Shown one piece after another: positions 1 through 9,345 of a DNA stretch of 63,544 bases. Where the stretch lies: NCBI GenBank assembly GCA_002688775.1, contig NZDH01000016.1:1-63544 (forward strand). Direction: 5' to 3'. Numbering within the stretch: the stretch's first letter is position 1; each line of letters opens with the position of its first letter. The position numbers and the translations under genes were made by a program. Source of the DNA: Candidatus Woesearchaeota archaeon. Its GTDB lineage: Archaea; Nanobdellota; Nanobdellia; Woesearchaeales; GW2011-AR4. The notes below the pieces were generated by a model. That model had not been told where the DNA came from, made no database searches, and saw only the letters and a list, made by a program, of their open reading frames with translations.

Positions 1-1
1 A

Positions 2-109
2 ATTGCACTTGACGCTTACAGGAAAGAGGCAAATATGGCAAGTGAGACACTTAAAAGACTGGAAGTAGTTGAAAAAAGAGGAAGGTATAGGGCGAAGAAG
101 GGGAGTTAA
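2..109 (+). CDS. 3' end of a CDS truncated by the window edge, product unknown
   Basis: Frame is open from the window edge to TAA at 107-109 (...LKRLEVVEKRGRYRAKKGS*). No family recognised. Confidence 0.25.
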   Translation: MALDAYRKEANMASETLKRLEVVEKRGRYRAKKGS

Positions 110-358
110 TGAGTTTATAAATAAAGGCTTAATGTCTATACTTTATAGTGACAAAAACGAAAGGTTTAAATACTTGGACCATTTTGGAATTATCATGAAA
201 CGAGTTGGTTATCTTCATTGTGAGTAAAATTTTTTCTGATTTAAATAGTTCCAACTCCGAGAGTTATTCAATTTATAAATGCATATATAGTCGTACTTCT
301 ATTCATCATAGCTAATTTCTTGCGTTGTTTACACTAAGATCTTTTTTTATTTTTATAT

Positions 359-430
359 GGCAGCAGTATTTTAGTGGTAGAATACGAGACTGTGGCTCTT
401 GTGGCGCGAGTTCGATTCTCGCCTGCTGCC
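359..430 (+). tRNA. tRNA-His (anticodon GTG) with genomically encoded G-1
   Basis: Cloverleaf read by eye. Acceptor GCAGCAG (360-366) pairs with CTGCTGC (423-429). Anticodon stem CGAGA (385-389)/TCTTG (397-401). Loop CTGTGGC with GTG at 392-394. T arm GCGAG-TTCGATT-CTCGC (406-422). The extra G at 359 lies opposite C73 (430), the tRNA-His hallmark. Confidence 0.9.
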
Positions 431-466
431 CTTTAATATTATGGAGGAAAAACATGGAATTACCCA

Positions 467-1048
467 TTGGTTGTATTCATTGTACGTCCAAACAACAGAA
501 GTTTGGCGAATTACGTAGCTACAGCATTGAAATACCTAGGAACTAGTAAAGTTAAGAGATTTATTGACTCTAGGGGCGAAGATATACCTTACCTAGTAGA
601 TGAATTATCCCAAAATGGAACCAAAGTATATGGTCTAACTGGTAGGGATCTTTTTAAAGAATATAAGCTAACTAAATATAATTCTAAACTAAGTGTTCTT
701 AAAACCATTAATTGGGAAGATAAAAAAGCTCTTTTTGGCAAGCCTGCCTTGTGCCTCTTAGGGCCAAAAAACAAGAAATTTGAAGATTTACCAAAGAAAC
801 TAAGGGTTTGTATCAACATAAAATACAAAAATCTTGCAAAAAAATACCTAAATCAATTAGAAAGTAAAGGATATACTTTCGAAAGGAAGTATCTTGCTGG
901 ATCCACTGAAACAGCTTATTCTAACGGTCTGTCAGACCTTGTTATTGAAATTGTGTACACTGGATATTCTATCAATAAAGTAAATCTGGCAGTATATGAC
1001 AAAATCTTCGAAAGTGATTTTGTGGTTATAGGTGTTAAAAATGATTAA
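467..1048 (+). CDS. hisG: ATP phosphoribosyltransferase, short form (HisG-S)
   Basis: 193 aa. ...SRGEDIPYLVDE...VYGLTGRDLFKEY... resembles the HisG catalytic domains, and no C-terminal regulatory domain is present. TTG start, with no in-frame ATG upstream. First gene of the overlapping his operon. Confidence 0.8.
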   Translation: MVVFIVRPNNRSLANYVATALKYLGTSKVKRFIDSRGEDIPYLVDELSQNGTKVYGLTGRDLFKEYKLTKYNSKLSVLKTINWEDKKALFGKPALCLLGPKNKKFEDLPKKLRVCINIKYKNLAKKYLNQLESKGYTFERKYLAGSTETAYSNGLSDLVIEIVYTGYSINKVNLAVYDKIFESDFVVIGVKND

Positions 1049-2756
1049 GCCGAGAAAAGCAGTTTTGGAACTTGAAGAATACAAGCCACCAATTTCAGAT
1101 AGAAATGAGTACTTAAGATTAGATTTCAATGAAAATACTAGAGGCTGCTCTTCTCTAGTATCAAGGAAGATTAGATCAATCAGCAAAAGAAGTTTAGCTA
1201 CATATCCTGATTATAAAGAGCTTAGAACGAAACTATCAGAATACTGCAAAGCTAATGAAAGCGAAATAATAACGACAAATGGTGCAGATGAAGCGATAAA
1301 AACAATATTTGAAACTTACATTGAAAGAAATCAAGATGAAACTATAATTCCAGTTCCAACTTATGCACTCTTCAAATTTTATGCTCAACTAAGCGAAGCA
1401 GTTATTAAAGAAGTGGAGTACAATAATGATTTAAGTTTTCCTACAAAAAAAATTCTCAAATCGATTAATCGGGAGACTAAGATTATTGTTCTTGTTAATC
1501 CAAACAATCCAACAGGAACTTCAATTAACAGGAATGACATAATTAAAATCATTAAGAAAGCTCAAAAAAACAGCGCATTTGTGATAATTGATGAAGCTTA
1601 TTATCAATATTGCAGAATAACCTCAATACCCTTAATCAAGAAATATGATAATTTGTTTGTTCTCCAGACATTTTCAAAGGTATTTGGTCTTGCAGGATTG
1701 AGGCTAGGATATATATGCTCAAATAAGGGAAATATCAAATATCTTCAGAAGGTATTATCCCCTTATAGCGTTAATAGGGCTGCAATAGAAGGTGTAATGG
1801 CTGCGTTGCAGGATAAAGGGTTTGTTAAGAAGTATGTAAGTGAAGTAAATTGTAGCAAAAAAACTCTATACGATGCGTTGAATCTTCTAGGAATCGGGTT
1901 TTTTAAGAGCGATGCCAATTTTGTCCTGATAAGAATTGGAAATAAAGCAGATTATTTCTATCAAAAATTAAAGGATTTTTGTATATTGGTTAGAAATTTC
2001 TCCAAAGTTAAGCTTCTGCGGGGCTGCATTAGGATAACTATTGGTACAAGGAGTCAAATGAGTGAATTCATCAAAGCACTTACTTGCATAATAAAGGAAA
2101 TTAACCCCGTATTGATATTTGACATTGATGGTGTATTGGTAGATACCTCTAAATCTTATAGAATTGCAATAAAACAAACTTCTGAATATTTTACAAATGA
2201 ACAAACAGGGATGGCAGAAATTCAAAAATATAAAAACAAAGGCGGCTACAATAACGACTGGGACTTAACCGAAGCAATCATTACAAGCAAAGGGAAAAAG
2301 ATTACTAGAAAGAAAATTATTCAAAAATTTCAAAGTTATTATTCCAAACTTGCGAAATGTGAAAAATGGCTGCTTGATAAGCGCATACTAAAATTACTTT
2401 CTGCGAGATTTAATCTGGCTATAGTGACTGGGAGACCAAGAAATGAAGCATTATATGTTCTAAGAAAAAATAATGTCAAGAAATATTTTTCTGCTATAAT
2501 AGCTATGGAAGATTGTCTGCTTCAAAAACCTAGTCCTAGCGGTCTAGAAATAATTATGGAAAAATATGGAAAAAATGAAGCGTATTACTTTGGCGATGCT
2601 ATTGACGATATTAAAGCTGCAAACTTTGCTAAAATCAAAGCTGTTGGTGTTTTACCACCAGAAGACAAATCACCAAAATTAATGGAATTAATGAGGAAAA
2701 ACAGAGCAAAATGCATCATTAAGGATATTAACAGTGTCTTGGAGGCCATACAATGA
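1041..2756 (+). CDS. hisC: Histidinol-phosphate aminotransferase fused to a C-terminal HAD-superfamily phosphatase domain
   Basis: N-terminal class-II aminotransferase (LDFNENTRG..., PLP-lysine context FSKVFGLAGLRLGY). The C-terminal ~215 aa carry HAD motifs: FDIDGV (I), VTGRPR (II), QKPSP (III), GDAIDD (IV). The ATG at 1041 overlaps the hisG stop; the ORF track starts at GTG 1032. Confidence 0.85.
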   Translation: MIKPRKAVLELEEYKPPISDRNEYLRLDFNENTRGCSSLVSRKIRSISKRSLATYPDYKELRTKLSEYCKANESEIITTNGADEAIKTIFETYIERNQDETIIPVPTYALFKFYAQLSEAVIKEVEYNNDLSFPTKKILKSINRETKIIVLVNPNNPTGTSINRNDIIKIIKKAQKNSAFVIIDEAYYQYCRITSIPLIKKYDNLFVLQTFSKVFGLAGLRLGYICSNKGNIKYLQKVLSPYSVNRAAIEGVMAALQDKGFVKKYVSEVNCSKKTLYDALNLLGIGFFKSDANFVLIRIGNKADYFYQKLKDFCILVRNFSKVKLLRGCIRITIGTRSQMSEFIKALTCIIKEINPVLIFDIDGVLVDTSKSYRIAIKQTSEYFTNEQTGMAEIQKYKNKGGYNNDWDLTEAIITSKGKKITRKKIIQKFQSYYSKLAKCEKWLLDKRILKLLSARFNLAIVTGRPRNEALYVLRKNNVKKYFSAIIAMEDCLLQKPSPSGLEIIMEKYGKNEAYYFGDAIDDIKAANFAKIKAVGVLPPEDKSPKLMELMRKNRAKCIIKDINSVLEAIQ

Positions 2757-3346
2757 GAATTGCAAGAATAACCAGGATTACGAATGAAACAGAGATTAAG
2801 GCAGTCTTAAGAATAGATGGTAAAGGGAAGTTCGATATCAAAATACCTATTGGATTTCTTAAGCATATGCTCGAATCATTTGCAAAACATGGACTTTTTG
2901 ATATGAAGATTGAAGCTAAGGGTGATTTAGAAGTAGATCAGCACCATTTGGTTGAAGATTTAGGATTTGTACTTGGCCAAGCTTTCAAAAAATCCTTGGG
3001 AAACAAGAAAGGCATCAATAGGGCAGGTTATTTTATCTTTCCTATGGATGATGCGCTTGCTATTGCCGCTGTAGACGTATCTGGAAGACCTTATCTTAAG
3101 TTTATTTCAAAATTCAAGAGAAGGTTTTGCGGGGATTTAGATACAGACTTAATTGAAGATTTTTTTTACGGATTTTCAGTTGGTTTGGGGTGTAATATAG
3201 CGATCCAAGCCAAATATGGAAGGAGTGACCACCACAAAATTGAGGCAATTTTCAAAGCATTTGCAAAAGCAATGAAAATGGCATGTTCGAAAGATAAACG
3301 TGCTGCCAAGGAAATGCCGTCAACAAAAGGATTAATAGAAAAATGA
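2753..3346 (+). CDS. hisB: Imidazoleglycerol-phosphate dehydratase (monofunctional)
   Basis: 197 aa. TNETEI...DQHHLVEDLG...DHHKIEAIFKAFA are IGPD signatures. ATGA overlap with hisC. No phosphatase domain. Confidence 0.9.
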   Translation: MRIARITRITNETEIKAVLRIDGKGKFDIKIPIGFLKHMLESFAKHGLFDMKIEAKGDLEVDQHHLVEDLGFVLGQAFKKSLGNKKGINRAGYFIFPMDDALAIAAVDVSGRPYLKFISKFKRRFCGDLDTDLIEDFFYGFSVGLGCNIAIQAKYGRSDHHKIEAIFKAFAKAMKMACSKDKRAAKEMPSTKGLIEK

Positions 3347-3924
3347 TAGCGATAATAGATTATGGAGCAGGGAATTTAAGAAGTGTGAAAAACGCACTAG
3401 ATTGTCTTCAAGTAGATAGCAGAATAACAAACAAAGCTACAGATATTCTCAAGGCTGATAGACTAATATTGCCTGGAGATGGTTCTTTCGGCTTTATGAT
3501 GGATAGTTTAAGAAAGAATAAACTAGAAGCACCTATAAAGAAATCAATTCAGAATGGTAAGCCCTTTTTAGGCATATGCTTGGGTTTACAAGCATTATTT
3601 GAAGAAAGTGAAGAGAATTCAAATGTAAAAGGATTTTGCATATTCAAAGGGAAGGTTGTAAGATTTAGGAAAGGTAAAGTTCCGCAAATCGGTTGGAATA
3701 ATATTATTTCAAAGAAAAAAGGCATTTTTAGAGATGGTTATGTGTATTTTGTAAATTCTTACTATGTTGTTCCTGAAGACCGATCAATAGTAGCAACAAC
3801 TACTGATTACTATGGAAATTTTGTCAGTTCAATAAAACAAGACAACATAACAGCTATGCAATTTCACCCTGAAAAAAGTGGGGATTTTGGAATAGAACTC
3901 TTAAGGAGATGGTTAAAATGTTAG
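3343..3924 (+). CDS. hisH: Imidazole glycerol phosphate synthase, glutamine amidotransferase subunit
   Basis: 193 aa. [14 protein letters not shown]..., GICLGLQ (nucleophile Cys), FHPEKS. ATGA overlap with hisB. Confidence 0.9.
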   Translation: MIAIIDYGAGNLRSVKNALDCLQVDSRITNKATDILKADRLILPGDGSFGFMMDSLRKNKLEAPIKKSIQNGKPFLGICLGLQALFEESEENSNVKGFCIFKGKVVRFRKGKVPQIGWNNIISKKKGIFRDGYVYFVNSYYVVPEDRSIVATTTDYYGNFVSSIKQDNITAMQFHPEKSGDFGIELLRRWLKC

Positions 3925-4673
3925 CAAAAAGAATAATTCCTTGTTTGGATGTAAAAGATGGCAAAGTCATAAAGGGAAAAAACTTTGTTAATCTTGAGTA
4001 TGCTGGCGATCCAGTTGAATTAGCTAGAAGGTATAATGATGACAATGCTGATGAGCTTGTTTTTCTTGACATCACTGCTTCATATGAAAACAGAAAAATA
4101 ATGATAGAAATAGTGAAAGAAGTAGCAAAGCAGCTTTTTATCCCATTTACAGTGGGAGGTGGAATCAACAGCATAGAGGACATAAGGGAATTGTTAAATG
4201 CTGGTGCAGATAAGGTCTCAATCAATACAGCAGCTGTAAAAAATCCAGTATTAATTAAGGAAGCTTCAGAAAAATTTGGGAGCCAGTGTATTGTTGTTGC
4301 AATAGATGTTAAGAAAGAGAATAGTGGCTGGAAGGTTTACATTAAAGGTGGCAAAGAAACTGCAAGTCTTGATGCTTTGGAGTGGGCTAAAAAAGTAGAG
4401 AAATTAGGGGCTGGAGAGATTTTGTTGACATCAATAGACAGAGACGGAACAAAAAAAGGTTATGACCTTAAATTAACCAAGCTTATTTCTGAATCTGTCA
4501 GCATTCCTGTAATTGCCTCTGGCGGCGCAGGTGATTTGACAAGTTTAAGTGATGTATTTAACAAAGGCAAGGCTGATGCTGCTTTAGCAGCTTCTATCTT
4601 TCACTATAACAAATATTCAGTTAGCGAAGTAAAGAATTATCTAAAAACAAACAATGTAGAGGTAAGAAGATGA
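3918..4673 (+). CDS. hisF: Imidazole glycerol phosphate synthase, cyclase subunit
   Basis: [20 protein letters not shown]... is the canonical HisF N-terminus. The ORF track starts 9 nt earlier at 3909. Overlaps the hisH stop. Confidence 0.92.
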   Translation: MLAKRIIPCLDVKDGKVIKGKNFVNLEYAGDPVELARRYNDDNADELVFLDITASYENRKIMIEIVKEVAKQLFIPFTVGGGINSIEDIRELLNAGADKVSINTAAVKNPVLIKEASEKFGSQCIVVAIDVKKENSGWKVYIKGGKETASLDALEWAKKVEKLGAGEILLTSIDRDGTKKGYDLKLTKLISESVSIPVIASGGAGDLTSLSDVFNKGKADAALAASIFHYNKYSVSEVKNYLKTNNVEVRR

Positions 4674-5893
4674 TAATTCCAAGCATAGATTTGATGGATG
4701 GAAAAGCAGTGCAGCTTAAGCAAGGAAAAGAAAAAGTGCTTGAAAGGGAGAATGTATTAGAGTTAGCTTTAGAATTTAGTAAATATGGAGAAATAGCTGT
4801 AATTGATTTAGATGCGGCCCTTGGTAAAGGTAACAATATAGGTTTAATTAAGGAAATTTGCAAGATTGCAGATTGCAAAGTTGGAGGGGGAATAAGAACA
4901 ATAGAAAAGGCAAATGGGATATTACAGGCAGGAGCTAAGAAAATAATTATTGGAACAAAAGCAACAATTGGTTTTTTGAAGCAATTGCCTAAAGAGAGAG
5001 TTATTGTCGCAATTGATACTAAAGGAGATTATGTTGTCAATAAAGGATGGACTCAAAAAACTAAGGATAAACCTGAACAATTGATAAAAAAGCTAGAATC
5101 TTATTGCTATGGCTTCTTATTTACGAATGTGGATAAAGAAGGTTTGATGAAAGGTATTGATATTGATAGAATAAAACAATTGAGAAAATTAACAAATAAT
5201 AACCTAACAGTTGCTGGAGGGATTTCATCCATTGGCAATATTAAGAAATTAGAGAATTTAGGTGTTGATTCACAATTAGGAATGGCTTTATATACTGGAA
5301 AATTGAACCTAACTAAGGCTTACATGTCTTTATTGGATTTTAATAAAAATAAAGGCTTAATCCCAACAATTGTTCAGGACGATAAAAATCAAGTATTAAT
5401 GCTTGCATATTCTTCAAGAAAATCCCTTTTAGAAACTTTCAGAACTGGAAAGGCATGCTATTATAGCAGATCTAGGAAAAAACTATGGAAAAAAGGTGAA
5501 ACTTCGGGGAATTATCAGGCTATTTTGAATGTAAAATATGATTGTGACAGAGATTCGTTATTATTTACAGTTAAACAGAAAAATTTTGCCTGTCACTCTG
5601 GAAGATATTCTTGTTTTGAAGATAGAAAATTTAGCTTCGAAGAATTGTTTGATGCAATCAATGATAGAATTAGCAACCCAAGAAAAGAGTCGTATACATC
5701 AAAAATAGCTGCAGATGAAAGTAAGATTAAGGCTAAAATCAGAGAAGAATGCTCAGAATTATTAAATTATACAAATAAAGATAACCTGATTTGGGAAATT
5801 TCAGATTTATTTTATTTTATATCCATTTTAATGGCAAAAAAAGGTATAAGTCTAGCAGACATTAAGAACGAATTGTGGAGAAGAAGAAAATGA
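4670..5893 (+). CDS. hisA: Triple fusion: ProFAR isomerase (HisA), PR-AMP cyclohydrolase (HisI) and PR-ATP pyrophosphohydrolase (HisE)
   Basis: 407 aa. The N-terminus [19 protein letters not shown] is HisA-like. The middle LIPTIVQDD...[11 protein letters not shown]...DCDRDSLLF...[10 protein letters not shown] is HisI. The C-terminus SYTSKI...[10 protein letters not shown]...EISDLFYF is HisE. ATGA overlaps at both ends. Confidence 0.85.
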   Translation: MIIPSIDLMDGKAVQLKQGKEKVLERENVLELALEFSKYGEIAVIDLDAALGKGNNIGLIKEICKIADCKVGGGIRTIEKANGILQAGAKKIIIGTKATIGFLKQLPKERVIVAIDTKGDYVVNKGWTQKTKDKPEQLIKKLESYCYGFLFTNVDKEGLMKGIDIDRIKQLRKLTNNNLTVAGGISSIGNIKKLENLGVDSQLGMALYTGKLNLTKAYMSLLDFNKNKGLIPTIVQDDKNQVLMLAYSSRKSLLETFRTGKACYYSRSRKKLWKKGETSGNYQAILNVKYDCDRDSLLFTVKQKNFACHSGRYSCFEDRKFSFEELFDAINDRISNPRKESYTSKIAADESKIKAKIREECSELLNYTNKDNLIWEISDLFYFISILMAKKGISLADIKNELWRRRK

Positions 5894-7086
5894 GACTTGT
5901 TGAAAAAATAATTGAAGACGTGAAAAAGAAACAAGATGCTGCAGTTAGATTTTACACTAAAAAATTTGACAAAATTAATTTAGATGGATTTTCAGTAACA
6001 AAAAAGGAAATAAAAAGAGCTTACGACTTAGTTGATGAAGAGACAATAAAAGCTTTGAGATTCGTCAAAAGAAATATTGAATTATTTGCAAAGAGGCAAA
6101 TGCAACAATTCAAGGATTTTGAAGTAAAAAAAGACGGAATTGTGCTAGGCCAAAAAGTTATTCCTATAGAAAGAATTGGCGTTTATATTCCAGGGGGAAA
6201 CTACCCATTACCCTCTACAGCATTGATGTGTATTGTAACTGCAAGAATTTCAGGGGTTAAAGAGATTATAGCATGCTCACCTAAGATTAAACCTGAAACT
6301 ATAGTTGCAGCTGATATTGCAGGTGCAGATAAGATATTTAGAGTTGGTGGAGCTCAAGCAATTGCTGCAATGGCTTATGGTACTGAAACAATTCCCAAGG
6401 TTGACAAAATTGTAGGCCCTGGCAATATTTATGTGACTGCTGCAAAAAAAGCGGTTTATGGAGATTGTGGTATAGACTTTTTAGCAGGTCCAAGTGAAAT
6501 AATGATAATTGCGGATGAATCAGCAGATTATAGGCTAGTGGCAATTGATTTATTGGCTCAGTTAGAGCACGATGTAAACTCAAAGGCGTTTTTATTGACA
6601 AATTCAAAAAAACTGATTAAAAAAGTGAAAAATGAGATAGATAAGCAATTGAAAGGTTTAAGTACAAATCTCATTATTAAGAAGTCAATAAAAAATTTAG
6701 TAATTACTTTAGTCAAAAATATTGAAGATTCAATAGATATTGCAAATAAAAAATCTCCAGAGCACTTGGAACTGCAATTAAGAGATCCTGAGAAATATAC
6801 TGATAAATTAAAGAATTATGGATCTTTGTTTATTGGTAAATTTTCAGCAGTTGTATTTGGTGATTATTGCAGTGGTACTAATCACGTATTGCCCACTGGA
6901 GGAAGTGCCAAGTATGCGGGTGGATTAAGTGTAAAAGATTTTGTTAAGCTGCAGACTTATCAAAAAATTAATTTGAAAGGTGCTAAGAAATTAGGTCCAA
7001 CTGCATCAAAATTAAGCAGGATAGAAGGTTTATCTGCCCACAATAAGTCTGTTGAAATGAGACTAATCAATAATTATATAAACTAA
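5890..7086 (+). CDS. hisD: Histidinol dehydrogenase
   Basis: GVYIPGG.YPLPSTALM, VGPGNIYV, QLEHD, SPEHLEL and GDY.SGTNHVLPT motifs. The ATG at 5890 forms an ATGA overlap with the preceding gene; the ORF track gives GTG 5875. Confidence 0.9.
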   Translation: MRLVEKIIEDVKKKQDAAVRFYTKKFDKINLDGFSVTKKEIKRAYDLVDEETIKALRFVKRNIELFAKRQMQQFKDFEVKKDGIVLGQKVIPIERIGVYIPGGNYPLPSTALMCIVTARISGVKEIIACSPKIKPETIVAADIAGADKIFRVGGAQAIAAMAYGTETIPKVDKIVGPGNIYVTAAKKAVYGDCGIDFLAGPSEIMIIADESADYRLVAIDLLAQLEHDVNSKAFLLTNSKKLIKKVKNEIDKQLKGLSTNLIIKKSIKNLVITLVKNIEDSIDIANKKSPEHLELQLRDPEKYTDKLKNYGSLFIGKFSAVVFGDYCSGTNHVLPTGGSAKYAGGLSVKDFVKLQTYQKINLKGAKKLGPTASKLSRIEGLSAHNKSVEMRLINNYIN

Positions 7087-7105
7087 AATCCAAATAGAAC
7101 TCAAA

Positions 7106-8374
7106 ATGGACTTACAACTACCAAAAGGAACAAGGGATATTGCACCTGAAGAGAAGATTGCCAAGGATAAGATAGTTAATACTCTGAAAGAAGTGTTTGA
7201 ACTGTATGGTTATGCTCCTTTGGAAACGCCTTTGCTTGAGAAATATGATGTTTTGTCTTCGAAATATGCCGGCGGCAATGAGATTTTGAAGGAAACATTT
7301 AGGTTGAAAGATCAAGGAGATAGAGAACTTGGGTTAAGATATGATTTAACAGTTCCAATGTGCAGATTTGTTGGCATGAATCCTGCAATGAAGATGCCTT
7401 TCAAGCGTTACCAAATTGGGGAAGTTTTCAGGGATGGCCCTGTAGGTTCTTCTAGATACAGGCAGTTCACCCAATGCGATGTTGATGTTGTCGGCTCATC
7501 TTCAATGTCTGCTGATGCTGAAATAATGGCCTTGATTTATTCTGCTTTTAAAAAACTGAATCTTGATGTTGTTATCAAAGTAAACAACAGGAAATTGCTT
7601 AATGATGTTCTTGACTATTGCGGTATTGAAAAAAACAAACAAGAAGCTGTAATCCTTTCGATTGATAAATTAGAGAAAATGGGCATCGATGTTGTCAAAG
7701 GTGAATTGAAAAAACAAGATATAGACGACAAAACAATCGGCAAGATAATCGATATCCTGAACATAAAGGGGAATAATGAAGAAAAAATAGCGCAAATAAA
7801 GAATATGATAAAAGAATCTGAAGGTTTGGAGGAGATACAGCAATTATTGAAATTCCTGAAAAATATAAACTTTGAAGCTGATTTTGATGTTTCTTTAGCA
7901 AGAGGATTGTCTTATTACACAGGGACTGTTGCTGAAACGTTCATCAAAAATAGCAATGTAAAAAGTTCTGTCTGCGCCGGCGGAAGATATGACAACATGA
8001 TTGGAGCATTCTTAGGCAAAGGAAATTTTCCGGCAGTCGGTGTCAGCTTTGGTGTTGACAGGATCTACGATGCCATTAAACAAAAAAATAAGCAGAAAAC
8101 CAATACAAAAATTTATGTCATTCCGATCAAGACATTAGACGAAAGCATGAAAATAGCTCAAAAATTAAGAGATGCTGGAATAAATACAGATATTGATTCT
8201 ATGGATAGGGGTCCTAGCAAGAATCTTGAGTTTGCTAATTCTTTAGGCATTCCATACGTTGTTTTTGTCGGAAAAAAAGAACTGGAAGATAATAAACTGA
8301 AGTTAAGGGACATGAAGAGCGGGAAGGAAGAGTTAATGAGTATTGATGATGTTATAAAAAAATTAAAATCATAA
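7106..8374 (+). CDS. hisS: Histidyl-tRNA synthetase (full length, with anticodon-binding domain)
   Basis: 422 aa. PKGTRD, LRYDLTVP, FRDGPVGSSRYRQF, GGRYD, AVGVSFGVDR, plus a C-terminal anticodon-binding domain (IYVIPI...VFVGKKELE). Confidence 0.9.
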   Translation: MDLQLPKGTRDIAPEEKIAKDKIVNTLKEVFELYGYAPLETPLLEKYDVLSSKYAGGNEILKETFRLKDQGDRELGLRYDLTVPMCRFVGMNPAMKMPFKRYQIGEVFRDGPVGSSRYRQFTQCDVDVVGSSSMSADAEIMALIYSAFKKLNLDVVIKVNNRKLLNDVLDYCGIEKNKQEAVILSIDKLEKMGIDVVKGELKKQDIDDKTIGKIIDILNIKGNNEEKIAQIKNMIKESEGLEEIQQLLKFLKNINFEADFDVSLARGLSYYTGTVAETFIKNSNVKSSVCAGGRYDNMIGAFLGKGNFPAVGVSFGVDRIYDAIKQKNKQKTNTKIYVIPIKTLDESMKIAQKLRDAGINTDIDSMDRGPSKNLEFANSLGIPYVVFVGKKELEDNKLKLRDMKSGKEELMSIDDVIKKLKS

Positions 8375-9259
8375 TTTTGTTAATATTGTAACTTCCCCTT
8401 CACCATCAATCAAAACAGAATGTTCTGCCTGCGATACAATGCCATTGTTAACCTCAACTAAAGGAGGGTAATTATGGATAATTTCCAATTGGGTTAATTC
8501 TTTTATTGCAAAGTTTGTTTTTGCTCCAAATCTTTGGGTTAGCCATCTTTTTGCAAATGGCAAGTTTTCATATGTATCTATTTGCTTTAAGATTTCTCTT
8601 GTTATAGGGCTTCTGACAGGCTTCCTGTTTTTCATCATGAATACAGTTGGCAGGCCTTTTTCTCCAACAACTCCTGAGCCGGTTGTTGCGAACGGTTCAA
8701 CTGCAAAAGTCATGTCTTTTTTTAAAGTTGTCTTGTCTCCTGTGTCAAAATTCGGGATTGTCGGTTTTGTATGTATGTTATACAGATCCAGACCGTGGCC
8801 TGAAAGGTTTCTTACAGGATTAAAGCCGTAACCTGAGATTGTGTCATTGATAACTTTTCCAATTTGACCTAGTTCAGTCCCAACATCCACTATTTTTAAT
8901 GCTTCTTCAAGGGCTTTTTGCGCTGCTTTGACTAAATCAGCGTATTTTCCTGATAAATCTATTGTATATGCAGTGTCACCGATTGCTCCATTAATGTGAA
9001 CTCCTAAGTCCAAGCTTATAACTTGCTCATCAAATACTGTTTTGTCATCATCTTCAACGCAGAAATGCGCAGCAATTTGATCGCAGGAAAACTGAACAGG
9101 AAATGCAGGCTTTCCACCTAACTCAAAGATCTTCTTTTCAATCTTTTCAGTTGAATCAAGAATTGAATTGCCCTTCTTTATCAAAGATTTTCCAAATTCC
9201 AATACTTCTGCAGAGATCCTTCCTGCTTTGATGTAGTTTTGCTTGGTTTCTTCGTCCAT
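8369..9259 (-). CDS. map: Methionine aminopeptidase, type 2 (archaeal)
   Basis: 296 aa. FPVQFSCDQIAAHF, DLGVHINGAIGDTAYT, NLSGHG, FAVEPFAT and QAEHSVL metal-ligand contexts. Confidence 0.9.
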   Translation of the reverse strand: MDEETKQNYIKAGRISAEVLEFGKSLIKKGNSILDSTEKIEKKIFELGGKPAFPVQFSCDQIAAHFCVEDDDKTVFDEQVISLDLGVHINGAIGDTAYTIDLSGKYADLVKAAQKALEEALKIVDVGTELGQIGKVINDTISGYGFNPVRNLSGHGLDLYNIHTKPTIPNFDTGDKTTLKKDMTFAVEPFATTGSGVVGEKGLPTVFMMKNRKPVRSPITREILKQIDTYENLPFAKRWLTQRFGAKTNFAIKELTQLEIIHNYPPLVEVNNGIVSQAEHSVLIDGEGEVTILTKL

Positions 9260-9345
9260 AGAAAAGAGTTTACAATGGAATTATTTAAAGGTTGTGCAGA
9301 CTAAAAACGACATTTATTTAAAGTACTTATTAATTTAATATATCC

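Noticed and set aside
110-358. Small ORFs (for example the 31-aa ORF from ATG 132) or an ncRNA in the region upstream of tRNA-His
   Set aside because: The ORFs are too short and lack features. I saw no stable secondary structure or conserved boxes. The region is probably just promoter and spacer.
431-466. Possible attenuator, leader peptide or T-box between tRNA-His and hisG
   Set aside because: The spacer is only 36 nt. The mini-ORF starting at ATG 441 has two scattered His codons and no His run. There is no room for a T-box or terminator/antiterminator structure.
325-546. 73-aa ORF in the ORF track spanning the tRNA-His gene
   Set aside because: It overlaps the whole tRNA and the hisG start and has no protein-like features. 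It is an artefact of an open frame across the tRNA.
7106-8374. Could the HisRS-like gene be the HisZ regulatory subunit needed by short HisG?
   Set aside because: It is full length (422 aa), with class II catalytic motifs (FRDGP..RYRQF, GGRYD, GVSFGVDR) and an anticodon-binding domain. HisZ lacks these, so I call it hisS. A moonlighting role remains only a hypothesis.
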